Shown: piece after piece, positions 40,865-51,025 of the stretch
Numbering within the stretch: position 1 is the stretch's first letter
How the letters are laid out: the number at the start of each line of letters is the position of its first letter
Source: Promethearchaeota archaeon
GTDB taxonomy: Archaea > Asgardarchaeota > Lokiarchaeia > Sigyniarchaeales > SOKP01
Reading direction: 5' to 3'
Length of the DNA: 64,000 nucleotides
Assembly (NCBI GenBank): GCA_019058245.1
Contig: JAHPZJ010000024.1
Location: forward strand, 30,036-94,035
Made by a program: the position numbers and the translations under genes
The notes under the pieces: model-generated
Database searches by the model: none
Seen by the model: only the letters and a program-made list of their open reading frames with translations
Told to the model about the DNA's origin: nothing

Positions 40865-41926
40865 ATGGATTTAGAAGAAATAAAAAGCTTTTTGGGATCA
40901 GATGCAAATGATTTATTAAATCATACATGCACAGGAATTCCAAGGGAAATGATTCATCTTCCCGGGCCAGATTTTATTGATCGCGTTGTTGCAAATTCAG
41001 ATAGAAATAATCTTGTATTAAATAATATGGATCGATTATTTAATCAAACTGGTAGGCTAGCTGGAACGGGATATCTATCAGTTTTACCAGTAGACCAAGG
41101 AGTTGAGCACACTGCTTCAGCTAGCTTTGCTGTAAATCCCTCATATTTTGATCCTGAAAATATTATCAAACTCGCTATAAATGGTGGATGTAATGCTGTA
41201 GCATCCACACTTGGTGTTTTAGGTTCGGTTTCAAGAAAATATGCCCATAAAATTCCTTTTATTGTAAAAATTAATCATAATGAGTTACTTAGTAAACCAA
41301 ACCTTGCAGATCAGACATTATTTGCAAATGTAGATCAAGCATGGGATATGGGAGCAGCAGCAGTAGGAGCAACAATTTATTTTGGTTCAGTAGATTCAAG
41401 ACGACAAATCCAAGAAATCAGTGAATCATTTAAATATGCTCATGAGCTAGGAATGGTTTGTGTTCTTTGGTGTTATTTAAGAAATTCAGAAGAATTTATC
41501 AAAAATGGAAAGGATTATCATACAGCAAATGATATGGAAAGTCAAGCTAATTATCTTGGAGTTACTATTGAGGCAGATATTATAAAGCAAAAATTATCTA
41601 CATTAAATCGAGGATTCCTTGATTTGAATTTTGGTAAAACAGATAAATTAGTCTATGAGAAACTAGCAACAGATAACCCAATTGAGTGGAACCGTTATCA
41701 AGTTGCAAATTGTTTTATGGGACGAGCAGGGCTAATTAATTCTGGAGGAGAAGCTGGTGGCAGTGATCTTCAAGATGCTATAAGACAAGCGGTTATAAAT
41801 AAACGATCTGGTGGTATGGGGCTTATACTTGGAAGAAAAGCTTTTAAAAAACCAACTCCTGAAGGAATTAAAATTCTTAACGCCGTACAAGATGTATATT
41901 TAAATAAGGACATCACAATTGCATAA
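40865..41926 (+). CDS. fbaB: Class I fructose-bisphosphate aldolase (FbaB/DhnA type)
   Basis: [40 protein letters not shown]. Confidence 0.93.
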   Translation: MDLEEIKSFLGSDANDLLNHTCTGIPREMIHLPGPDFIDRVVANSDRNNLVLNNMDRLFNQTGRLAGTGYLSVLPVDQGVEHTASASFAVNPSYFDPENIIKLAINGGCNAVASTLGVLGSVSRKYAHKIPFIVKINHNELLSKPNLADQTLFANVDQAWDMGAAAVGATIYFGSVDSRRQIQEISESFKYAHELGMVCVLWCYLRNSEEFIKNGKDYHTANDMESQANYLGVTIEADIIKQKLSTLNRGFLDLNFGKTDKLVYEKLATDNPIEWNRYQVANCFMGRAGLINSGGEAGGSDLQDAIRQAVINKRSGGMGLILGRKAFKKPTPEGIKILNAVQDVYLNKDITIA

Positions 41927-42033
41927 GAAAATTCCTTTTCTCTTTTTTTCATTATATTTTTTTATTGGGATCAAAAATAAAAATAAGAATTTTTTATTCA
42001 TACTAAAAGAAAAAATTTATTCTTTAGATAAAA

Positions 42034-42690
42034 ATGGGAAGTAAAAAGATATTTAGACCAATCCAAGATGATAATCCATATAGGATAAAAAAGGCACAGC
42101 CTCCTCCAAAAAGAAGTTTTATCGATTTTGATACGCGTAGGATCTGTCCAGCATGTGGACAGGATATTAAGATAACTCATAATTTCTGTAAATATTGTGG
42201 AGTAGATTTAAGTATGATAGAGCCTATTGGAAAGGATGATATTTCAAAACATTTAGCAACAACTGCGGTGACTGACCCTGATCCTGAAGTCAGAAAGGAA
42301 GCCGTTGATACTTTAGGTGGTTTTGGAGATAAAAAAGTATTGGGTATTTTAACATTTGTTCTTCTTAATGATCCAGATGAAAATGTAAGAAGGGAAGCTG
42401 CTGATGAGTTGGGGGATTTGCACCACCCTTATAGTCTCGATATTTTAACAAAAGCACTCAAAGATGAAAGTGCATTAGTTAGGAAAGAAGCAATCGAAGG
42501 ACTGAAAAAAATTAAAAAAAAGATCAAACCTAATGAATTAGAAGAGGGAAAACCACAAAGTCGAGAAATCAAAACAACCATAAATGAAAAAGATGCTTTA
42601 AGAGAGAAAATTCCTAATTTAGATGACATTAAAGAAGATAAATACGATTCCGAAAATTATGATGAGGAAGATGATAATAATTTATTTTAA
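42034..42690 (+). CDS. Zinc-ribbon plus HEAT (PBS-lyase-type) repeat protein
   Basis: CPACG...FCKYCG; three DPxxxVRxEA repeats; acidic tail. Confidence 0.85.
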   Translation: MGSKKIFRPIQDDNPYRIKKAQPPPKRSFIDFDTRRICPACGQDIKITHNFCKYCGVDLSMIEPIGKDDISKHLATTAVTDPDPEVRKEAVDTLGGFGDKKVLGILTFVLLNDPDENVRREAADELGDLHHPYSLDILTKALKDESALVRKEAIEGLKKIKKKIKPNELEEGKPQSREIKTTINEKDALREKIPNLDDIKEDKYDSENYDEEDDNNLF

Positions 42691-42782
42691 ATAAATCCTA
42701 TTTTTACATATAATAATAAATGCTAAAGAAATTGAATGTATTTTCTAATAGAAAAAAAGTTTATAATACTATAGCTTAAAGT

Positions 42783-43874
42783 CTAATCATCACTACTTGG
42801 AATTTTTGGTAATTGTCTTCGACTATTTGATTTTTTACTTGTGGAATTCTCTAGAATTTCTATTATTTCGGCTTTTCTTGCATTTGCAGGTAATTCTATA
42901 TTCTTTTCCTCAGCATAAGTTTTAAGATTTTTCACAGTCATTGAATTAAAATCAAATGTATCTATAGTAGTATCTGCTTTTTTTACAATAGTTTCTTGCG
43001 AATTGCTTGTTGGATTTTTTATTTTTTCTAATACTTCTACAGCCTCAACAATTCCTTTTTCCTCATCAAAATACACTCTTAACATATGTTTATCTAATTC
43101 AATCATTCCTTTTGGAACATTTTTAACTGGTTCCCACTCAGTTTCTTCGACTTCTTTTCCAAAAACGGTTGCAATTTTGGAAACTGCAGCATAAAGGGTA
43201 TGACCTAAAATTAAGTTTAATCTTTTATATTCATTAGAAACTTCTGTTTTGAGTAATTTTTCTTTAATTATCTTTTCATGTTCTGTTGATAGAGTAGTTG
43301 GCTTAGAAACTTGTGTTGATTTCGTTATTGATGGTTTTTGAGGTTTAATGCTTGGTTTTGGAGTACTTGCTGAAAATGATGATACTACCACTTCATTACT
43401 GGTATCCTGTAATGCTGGTGAAAAGTATTCTTCCTCTGTTTGTGCTTGAGGTGCTTTAGGAGAAACATCTGAAATTGTGGCTTGAGCACCTCTTTCACGT
43501 TCAATATTTCGAACATATCGCATATCTGCTAGTCGTTCAGTTACTTCCATTGATTGTAATTTGAAAGCATTTAAGAATTCTGCAGGCTCATCTCCCGCAT
43601 CTACTGATACAATCTTACAGCGATGGTATCTAGCATCTTTCATCAATTCTTCTTGAAGTGCTTGAGCTACTCTTGAACTAATAAATCGTTTTCGAACAGG
43701 TGATTTTGGACCTTTCCAAATGAAAATTCTTCTTAAATCTTCTCTAATAATTACAAGGACTTGTTCTGGATGTAGATTTTCTTCGAGATGTTCTTCTTCC
43801 ATATCTAATCGCATTTTTTCTCCAGAATCATCCAGTTCATACACTATAAAGGTTTCATATTCACTCATTTTCAT
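42783..43874 (-). CDS. Single gelsolin-domain protein with C-terminal Rho-N/SAP (HeH)-like domain
   Basis: RRIFIWKGPKSPVRKRF...DAGDEPAEFL (gelsolin); FNSMTVKNLKTYAEEKNIELPANARKAEIIEIL (HeH). Confidence 0.85.
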   Translation of the reverse strand: MKMSEYETFIVYELDDSGEKMRLDMEEEHLEENLHPEQVLVIIREDLRRIFIWKGPKSPVRKRFISSRVAQALQEELMKDARYHRCKIVSVDAGDEPAEFLNAFKLQSMEVTERLADMRYVRNIERERGAQATISDVSPKAPQAQTEEEYFSPALQDTSNEVVVSSFSASTPKPSIKPQKPSITKSTQVSKPTTLSTEHEKIIKEKLLKTEVSNEYKRLNLILGHTLYAAVSKIATVFGKEVEETEWEPVKNVPKGMIELDKHMLRVYFDEEKGIVEAVEVLEKIKNPTSNSQETIVKKADTTIDTFDFNSMTVKNLKTYAEEKNIELPANARKAEIIEILENSTSKKSNSRRQLPKIPSSDD

Positions 43875-44069
43875 CCAAGGGGCAAATTAAGTTATGATTT
43901 TTTAAATTTCACTATAAAATCTGAAGTTAATCAAAAAATTATTTGATGTTTCTATTCAAATTTACATATTTTAAAAAAAATATAAATTAAATCATTTTAA
44001 ATTTATTTTTTTAAAAAAACTATAACGATTCTTTTTGAATGAATAATTAATTCGATATAAAAAAAAAAA

Positions 44070-44812
44070 TTAGGAATCATGAAGAACATTATCAATTGAA
44101 AGTACAAATCCTACTAGAATTCTTCTGTCTGTTTCATTATCAAGTATTCTTAAAGCATATGTATCCTTGAAATCCAAAAGGCCTCCAAGAAATAAATCTC
44201 TCCATTTATCCGCTTTTTCAATTTCTGCAACAACATTTCCTGTAGTTTCATCATAGACCTTAAATGAAAATCCCATAAATTTTCCTTGAGCACGGAACCA
44301 TCGATTTCCCTCAGGATCTTCAAGATAAAATACAGGTCTGAAAAAAGATAGAATTTTCTTCTTAATTCGAGCAATTAAATTCCCCTGAGGATCTTTTAGA
44401 TCTTGAGCACCACGAGCAGATATAATTTTAGCATGAATAGTAGCCGATATTGTTCCATCAACTTCTCTTAATTCTACTCTACGTCTAATTGAGAGAATAA
44501 CTCTTTTCATTCGACCAATTTTTTGATTATTTTCATCAAGGATATCACCAGAACCCCAATCCCAATATTTTTAAAGAATTTGAGGTATTCTCAACATTTT
44601 TCTTTAAGGATATAATAGTTCCGGTTAATATCAAATAAACTTCCTGGGCTGTGATATGCTTGTCGGCTTGATGGTCCTGCAGATGGCGTTGTTACTGATG
44701 TAAGTACAGTTTCACTCTGGCTTTCTATATTGGTAATAGGAGAACCACATTTTTCACAAAAATTTTGTGATAAATCTTTAATTTCTTCCCCACAATTCTG
44801 ACAGTAAGGCAT
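44070..44812 (-). CDS. Zinc-ribbon plus LURP-one/scramblase-family protein split by a 29-nt insertion; predicted join(44812..44600,44570..44070), 237 aa
   Basis: Exon 1 ends YYILKE; exon 2 begins KYWDWGSGDILDENNQKIGRMKR and is in frame with ORF 44070-44510; tubby/LURP-like strands and terminal helix ILVGFVLSID. Confidence 0.8.
44571..44599 (-). other. Candidate 29-nt bulge-helix-bulge intron in a protein-coding gene
   Basis: mRNA UU-AAAG-AA^A-AAUGUUGAG-AAUAC-CUCAAAUU-CUUU-AA^A-AA; 4-bp central helix flanked by two 3-nt bulges; canonical cuts restore the frame. Confidence 0.6.
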
Positions 44813-44968
44813 TTATTTCCCTTTTTTATTTTATGATTTTTTTTATGAAATGAATAATTAATTCATCTAATAAATTTTCGGATAGATTTATAATTTTTAT
44901 ATCTTCATAAAAATCTTTTAATTTAATTAACTTTAATAATTAATAAATAAAATAATTCAGAGAATATA

Positions 44969-45748
44969 ATGTCAAACGAGAGTATTCCAAAATTATTGAA
45001 ATTAAAGGATTATATAACTTTAGTAGGAACTACTCTAGGGATTATAGCTTTAATATGTGCCACTATAGGTACTAGAGAATTTCTTTCATTAGGTTTTTTT
45101 CTAATATCAATTACATTAGGAACTGATCTAATAGATGGATATATTGCTCGAAAAACAAATACAAAAAATGAAATGGGGAAAGAATTAGACTCATTAAGTG
45201 ATTCATTGACATTCGGTATCGTACCAGCAGTATTAACCTACCAAACCTTTAAAACAGGAAGCTTTTATGATATAATTCTTATAATAGGAGCAATATGCTT
45301 TGCCTTTGGAGCAATTCTCCGATTAGCGCGATTTAATATCTCAAAAAATCCTGGTTACACAGGAGTCCCAACACCGGTTAGTGCATTAATGCTAATTACC
45401 TTTTTTTATGCAAATTTCTTCTATACACTTGCAATGGGTGATATAAACTATCCGTTTTTAGAGATCTCGTCTTATTCAATTCCATTCTTTTTAATATTAA
45501 TTGGTTGGTTTAATATCACAACTTACATTCATTTTAGAGAAAAAGATAAAACAATATACATAGTATTTATAATTTTTGCCCCTCTATGCCCTATTTTTGG
45601 AGTAATTGGTATAAGTTCCCCAAATCTTATTATTTCCATTTTTGCATCTATTTTCTTTTTAGGAGCTTTTATTTTAGCATTTCTCCTTATAATAAGAGGT
45701 TTTTTATTGTATTTTATTACAACTAGAAAGGAAAAAAAGCTTTCTTAG
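44969..45748 (+). CDS. pssA: CDP-alcohol phosphatidyltransferase, PssA/archaetidylserine synthase-like
   Basis: DLIDGYIAR, GKELDSLSDSLTFG, LRLARFN, GVPTP. Confidence 0.85.
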   Translation: MSNESIPKLLKLKDYITLVGTTLGIIALICATIGTREFLSLGFFLISITLGTDLIDGYIARKTNTKNEMGKELDSLSDSLTFGIVPAVLTYQTFKTGSFYDIILIIGAICFAFGAILRLARFNISKNPGYTGVPTPVSALMLITFFYANFFYTLAMGDINYPFLEISSYSIPFFLILIGWFNITTYIHFREKDKTIYIVFIIFAPLCPIFGVIGISSPNLIISIFASIFFLGAFILAFLLIIRGFLLYFITTRKEKKLS

Positions 45749-45797
45749 GTTCTATTTTTTGGCTTTATTAGTTAAGTGAACTTTTTTATCTAATTAA

Positions 45798-47807
45798 TTA
45801 AAATAACTTCTTTTTCCAACTTTGAATTTCTTCTATAATTTCTTTTTTTTCATCATTATTTAATAAAGAAAGCTTTTCTTTATACTTATCTATGATACTT
45901 CTAATCTTATGTAAGGTAACCGAAAAACCCTTTTTCTCAAGTATTAAATCGGCTATATTGGATAATTCTTGTCCAAATTTATCCCCTTTAATATTATCCA
46001 ACTGGTTAACTAAATTAGTAAAAGCATTATTTATTTGTATCCCTGCTTCATCACCAGCTTTCGGTTTGGCTATAGATACAAAATCAATTGTTTGTTTTAA
46101 TTTTTGTTTTAAATCAGTAATTGTTGGTATGGTTGAACTGGCTCTAGGAGTCATTGCAGCTTGTTTTTGAGTAGATCTTACATCTTCTTTTGTAATTTCA
46201 TGAATTTGACTTGGTATATCAACTTTTCCCTTAGTAGCTTTATCCTCGATTTGTACAGCTTTATTAACCTCTTGTTCTGGTTTTATTTTCTTTGATAATA
46301 ATGGTTTTACAGTTGTAAATTTCATTGAAGGAGCCCCTTCAGCACTAGCTTGAGTTTTTGCCATTCGTGTACCAAGAAATGTATCTGAATATGCCTTTTC
46401 CCATAATTTTTGGATAATAGAATCTAATACCTTAATTAAAGGATTGAATGAAGTTCCAATTCCAACAAAATTATCAAGAGAATCCACTGAATCTTGTATT
46501 ACTCCTATAATAATTATGTTATTATCACTTCTCAAAGCAATTAATTTTTCATTTTGATAAGTTTTATATCCAATATTTTTAATATTCTTAAGATTTTTAA
46601 CCATACTATTGGTATGTGCTTCTGAAGATGCAATCTTAACTTTCAAATCACTGTTTATTTTTTCAAATTGTTCAATTGCTAGATGTTTTTCAAGATTGGG
46701 AATAATTATAATTAATTCATTCTTCGAGTTTTTTATAAGATATTGAATCGATTCATTAATTTTCGTTATACTATTTATAGTCCAAATTTTATTGAATTGA
46801 ATTATATCAGCTTTATTTATTTCTTGAAGGTAATTTTTCATTAAATTTTCAATAGGCTTATTTAAATTTGAAACCTCATTAACTGATTCTTGGATTATAG
46901 AGTTTAACCGCTCTGCGATTTTAATTTCTAGATTTTTCATTTTTCCAAAGAGGTTTTCATTATTTTCAATGAGTAAATTATGAATTTTATTCATTTCAGT
47001 TTCAAAATTACTTAATAAATTCAATAACAACATTTTAAAGTCATTTTGATATTGGATTATTAGATCTGCTGAATTTTCAATTGGTTTTTCAGTTTTTTTA
47101 AACTCTTTGTCAATCAATTCTTGCAAAGTATTAGGAAAATCTTTAATGATTTTATCTAATCTCTCCTTAAATTGATTCTCAATCACTGAAATGATCTCAT
47201 CTTTATGTTTTTTAAATTCCATTATTTGAATTCTTTCAATTATATCCGTTTTAAGAAGATTAATGGTTTTTATTAAATCAGCAAACTTAGTTTGAGTAAT
47301 ACTTACAATTTTTTGGTAAAAAATAGTTAAATTTTGTTTAAGTAAATTTAATTCTTCCATATTTCCAACAATATCTTCAACCTCTTGTTTCTGGATAATA
47401 GAATCTTCATCAATATCTTTTTTAATCTCCTGAAATGTTTGTAGAATAGAATCTAATTCTATTGTCTTATTTTCTTTAAATGTTTCATTTACTGAATTGA
47501 TCATTAATTCTTGAATAGAGTTTTTAATATCATCTAAATTCGCATTAATATTACTATAATAGTTTAAAATTGGAAAAATTGGAGGTAAAGCTATGTATTG
47601 AGTAATTGGAACCTCATTTTTTGAAGGTTGTTGAGTTATTAAACCTACATTCAATAATTCATTTATAATTTTATTAAATTCTTCTAAAGTTACTTTAGGG
47701 ACTACTGAATGTAATTCATAATATGTTAGTGGAAATCTATTTAATAATTTAATATATATCTCTATTGCGAATTCAGAAAGGTTTAACTTCCCTAAAAAGG
47801 TTTCCAT
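45798..47807 (-). CDS. TrmB-like wHTH, long helical/coiled-coil region and TrmB-C/PLD-like domain
   Basis: LNLSEFAIEIYIKLL...LLNVGLI...YIALPP; WTINSITKINESIQYLIKNSKNELIIIIP. Confidence 0.75.
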   Translation of the reverse strand: METFLGKLNLSEFAIEIYIKLLNRFPLTYYELHSVVPKVTLEEFNKIINELLNVGLITQQPSKNEVPITQYIALPPIFPILNYYSNINANLDDIKNSIQELMINSVNETFKENKTIELDSILQTFQEIKKDIDEDSIIQKQEVEDIVGNMEELNLLKQNLTIFYQKIVSITQTKFADLIKTINLLKTDIIERIQIMEFKKHKDEIISVIENQFKERLDKIIKDFPNTLQELIDKEFKKTEKPIENSADLIIQYQNDFKMLLLNLLSNFETEMNKIHNLLIENNENLFGKMKNLEIKIAERLNSIIQESVNEVSNLNKPIENLMKNYLQEINKADIIQFNKIWTINSITKINESIQYLIKNSKNELIIIIPNLEKHLAIEQFEKINSDLKVKIASSEAHTNSMVKNLKNIKNIGYKTYQNEKLIALRSDNNIIIIGVIQDSVDSLDNFVGIGTSFNPLIKVLDSIIQKLWEKAYSDTFLGTRMAKTQASAEGAPSMKFTTVKPLLSKKIKPEQEVNKAVQIEDKATKGKVDIPSQIHEITKEDVRSTQKQAAMTPRASSTIPTITDLKQKLKQTIDFVSIAKPKAGDEAGIQINNAFTNLVNQLDNIKGDKFGQELSNIADLILEKKGFSVTLHKIRSIIDKYKEKLSLLNNDEKKEIIEEIQSWKKKLF

Positions 47808-47999
47808 TCATTATTCACCTACTTCTTTCAAACAATTGTTCCTATTTATATAAATTATAAAAACATATGAATTTTTATTTGTATTTGTTTTATCTAAAAA
47901 ATATCGATACTAATAAATATTTAAGGAAGTTTTTTCATTATGATACGTAATAATTTGAGAGATACATAAAGAATCTGAATAGAACCATGTGAGGAGAAA

Positions 48000-49328
48000 A
48001 TGAATATTACAGATGAAGATGTATTTTTCTACTTGGATCTTACTAAGGAATTATTAAAAAAGAAGGATATTATCAAAACGATCAAGTTTTATATTGAGGA
48101 AAAAAATAAAGCAAATTTGAAAGGACATTATTCTCTTCTCATTTTCCAAGAAGAAGGAAATCCTATCTTTATAACTGATAAAAAAGATTCAGGAATTATT
48201 ACTAATTCTATTGAAGAAAACTGGAAAACTCGTCCTAAGGAACAAAGCTTTTTTGAAAATGGTTTATTTTATATTTTTTCTTACATTGCAGAAACAGTAA
48301 GAAAAAAATCTAAATTTTACAGAATTATTATTATTACAGATACACCCTCCGATTTATCTGCGGATTATCAAGACGCATTATTTAATCTAGTATCAAAAAT
48401 AAAAAATTTCCCAACTTTTATAGATATTATACGGGTATCTGAGGAAGATCAACGGTTATTTAGTGATGATGTAAAACTAAATATACTTGCAAGTGATACA
48501 AAAGGAGGTATCTTTTATACCAAGAATAAAAAAGAGTTTTCTGACGTTATTAAGAAATTAGTAAAAAGTAAACAGTATGTAACTACTTTTACAAATCGTC
48601 CAGAAATTATTAGAATATCTAAAGAGGATTATGCTTTCTACGATTATCTAGCCAAATCTTTAAAAAAAACAGATGAAATGAATTTAGTGTGTTATTTTTG
48701 CAATGAAGAAGTATGTCCTGTTTGTATGGATATTCATGATATTCCATTAGTCTGTGAAGATTGTAATTCTAGTTTTCATAATTGTTGTATTACAAATTAT
48801 ACCATAAATCATAATATTGGTATTCCTAATATCCTACGTTGTCCATCATGTGATGTTCTGTTAAAAATTGACGAAGATGAGATAATTGAAGTATCAGGTG
48901 AAGTAGAAGTGAGTACTGTAAAAGAATATATGGAAAAAGAAATATTAGCAGATCTGCAAAAAAGAGTAATAAAGGAAGAAATACCAATTCCTAGACCTAT
49001 TTTAGAAAAAAAAATAGATACACCTCCTCAAAAACCCCAAGATGTCTCAGCTGGAGAACAAATCAAAAAAATTAGAATTGGTGGTTTTTTTGGCAAAGTA
49101 TATAAAGTAAAAAAGGATGGTGATAAGATCGTTTATGAAAGGAGTACTCAAACATCCTTTAAAGCTGAAAGTATAAGAGATAAAAAACATTTAATCAATT
49201 CAGAGAAAATTATTCTTCGACAAAAGAATGAATTAACAAAAAAACCAAGTTTCATTATATGTGCTCAATGTGGGAGACAAAATGATTCACATCAAACAAT
49301 GTGTTCAAATTGTGGAAGCAAGTTATAA
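48000..49328 (+). CDS. VWA-like domain, RING/PHD-type zinc finger and C-terminal zinc ribbon
   Basis: FFYLD, IIIITDTP, FIDIIRV, TKGGIFY; CYFC-x4-CPVC...CEDC-x4-H-x2-C...CPSC; CAQC...CSNC. Confidence 0.75.
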   Translation: MNITDEDVFFYLDLTKELLKKKDIIKTIKFYIEEKNKANLKGHYSLLIFQEEGNPIFITDKKDSGIITNSIEENWKTRPKEQSFFENGLFYIFSYIAETVRKKSKFYRIIIITDTPSDLSADYQDALFNLVSKIKNFPTFIDIIRVSEEDQRLFSDDVKLNILASDTKGGIFYTKNKKEFSDVIKKLVKSKQYVTTFTNRPEIIRISKEDYAFYDYLAKSLKKTDEMNLVCYFCNEEVCPVCMDIHDIPLVCEDCNSSFHNCCITNYTINHNIGIPNILRCPSCDVLLKIDEDEIIEVSGEVEVSTVKEYMEKEILADLQKRVIKEEIPIPRPILEKKIDTPPQKPQDVSAGEQIKKIRIGGFFGKVYKVKKDGDKIVYERSTQTSFKAESIRDKKHLINSEKIILRQKNELTKKPSFIICAQCGRQNDSHQTMCSNCGSKL

Positions 49329-49496
49329 TAATAAAAACAAGAATTTGTTTTATAATACTTTTGTATTATTGTCCTTTAATAGTTTTAAATTGAAAGAGAA
49401 TAATGATTATCGAGACAAGGAAGTTTTTTTCAATATCAATAAAAATAAATAAAACGTATAATATTAATTTGTTAAAGCTTTTCGATTGATGCTAAA

Positions 49497-50840
49497 ATGT
49501 TACCTCGAACGAATACAATAAATTCAGAAGAGTTTATTTTTTATTTAGATCTAATTTCAGATTTTATAAAGAAGAAACCATTAATGAAAGCTATAAGTAG
49601 TTTTATCAAAGAAAAGGATAAATTTAATGCCTTCGCTTCTTATGGCGTTGTATTATTTCAAAAAGATGATAATCCTATTAATGTATATGATCTTAAAAAT
49701 TTGGATGCAGTCTTAAAAATTATTGATGAAGCATGGGAAACTAGAGAAGTTGAACACAGTTTCTTAGAAAATGGTTTATACGAAATTCTCGCGTATATCT
49801 TTAGAAAAAGCCGGGAAATAAGAAAAAATTATCGTGTAATTATAATTTCAGATACTCCTAGCCGCCTATCGGATGATTATTATAATGCTCTTTATGATTT
49901 ATTAATTAAGGCAAAAAAATTCTCTGCATTTATTGATATTATTCGAGTTGGGGAAGAGAAATTTTATGATGACGATGTTAAACTGAAAGTTATTTCGAGT
50001 GAAACTCATGGCGGAACATTTTATTGTCCAAATGAAAAACTCCTTCAAAATATTTTAGGATCTTTAATTCAAAATAAGAAAGAGTTTAAAATTATAAAAT
50101 CTGAAGAGACTGATCAGGTTTTAGGTCAAGATAAGATTTTCTATGAAGGATTAGCGGCAGATCTCATTAGTCTATCACCTGAAGATCAAGAATTGTGTAA
50201 CATTTGTGAGCAGGAATTATGTCCTATTTGTGAGGCTCATTCTGATGAAATTCATAAATGTTATAATTGTAATACAAAATTTCATAACTGCTGTGCTGCA
50301 AAATATGCAATTGTTAAAAATATTGGCTTTAAACATATCTTCAGATGTCCACAATGCGAAACGTTATTAAAGCTTGATGAAGAATTTGTTAATATGATTT
50401 ATGAAGAAGATTTAGAAGAAGAACTAGAAGAAGAATTGCCTAAAATAGAATTGGAAAAACCTATTTACGAAAAAGAAACTACTACTGAGTATGAAGAAGA
50501 ACAATATACAGAAGAATCTGAAGTTCAGGAAGAAATAATAGAAGAAGAGTCAGAAATAAGTTTAGAAGAACCAGAACCTTCCACAGTTGATCAGCAAAAA
50601 ACAATAAAAGTTGGTGGTTTTTTTGGAAAAGAAATTACTATTGGAACTAAAAAATCTATTGAAACACCAATTTCAAAAATAACAGAAAATACTGAATTGA
50701 AAGAACAACCTATTTCAATAACATCCTTAAAACCACCCCGAAGAAAGGGAACTAGTTCAATAAAGTTATGCAAAATTTGTGGAGCTACATGTAATAAATC
50801 AGTTAATACTTGTCCAACTTGTGGAGCAAAACTCATTTAA
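49497..50840 (+). CDS. VWA-like domain, RING/PHD-type zinc finger and C-terminal zinc ribbon (tandem paralog)
   Basis: IFYLD, IIISDTP, FIDIIRVG, THGGTFY; CNIC-x4-CPIC...CYNC-x4-H-x2-C...CPQC; acidic linker. Confidence 0.75.
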   Translation: MLPRTNTINSEEFIFYLDLISDFIKKKPLMKAISSFIKEKDKFNAFASYGVVLFQKDDNPINVYDLKNLDAVLKIIDEAWETREVEHSFLENGLYEILAYIFRKSREIRKNYRVIIISDTPSRLSDDYYNALYDLLIKAKKFSAFIDIIRVGEEKFYDDDVKLKVISSETHGGTFYCPNEKLLQNILGSLIQNKKEFKIIKSEETDQVLGQDKIFYEGLAADLISLSPEDQELCNICEQELCPICEAHSDEIHKCYNCNTKFHNCCAAKYAIVKNIGFKHIFRCPQCETLLKLDEEFVNMIYEEDLEEELEEELPKIELEKPIYEKETTTEYEEEQYTEESEVQEEIIEEESEISLEEPEPSTVDQQKTIKVGGFFGKEITIGTKKSIETPISKITENTELKEQPISITSLKPPRRKGTSSIKLCKICGATCNKSVNTCPTCGAKLI

Positions 50841-51025
50841 ATCAAATTCAATTTTAAAAGTCGTTTGAAATCTCCCCTTAACTTTAGATAATGCTAATGG
50901 TTTTAAACCTTAAATTATAAGCTTATAGATATCAAATTTTACAGAAATTAAATGTAAAATTGGAAAATATTAAGAATATACTATAAAAAGTTTAGAATTA
51001 ATAGGATTAATTATTATTTTATTCA

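Noticed and set aside
40865-41926. Bacterial-type FbaB as a novelty
   Set aside because: Probably an old horizontal acquisition; ordinary metabolism with no unusual context.
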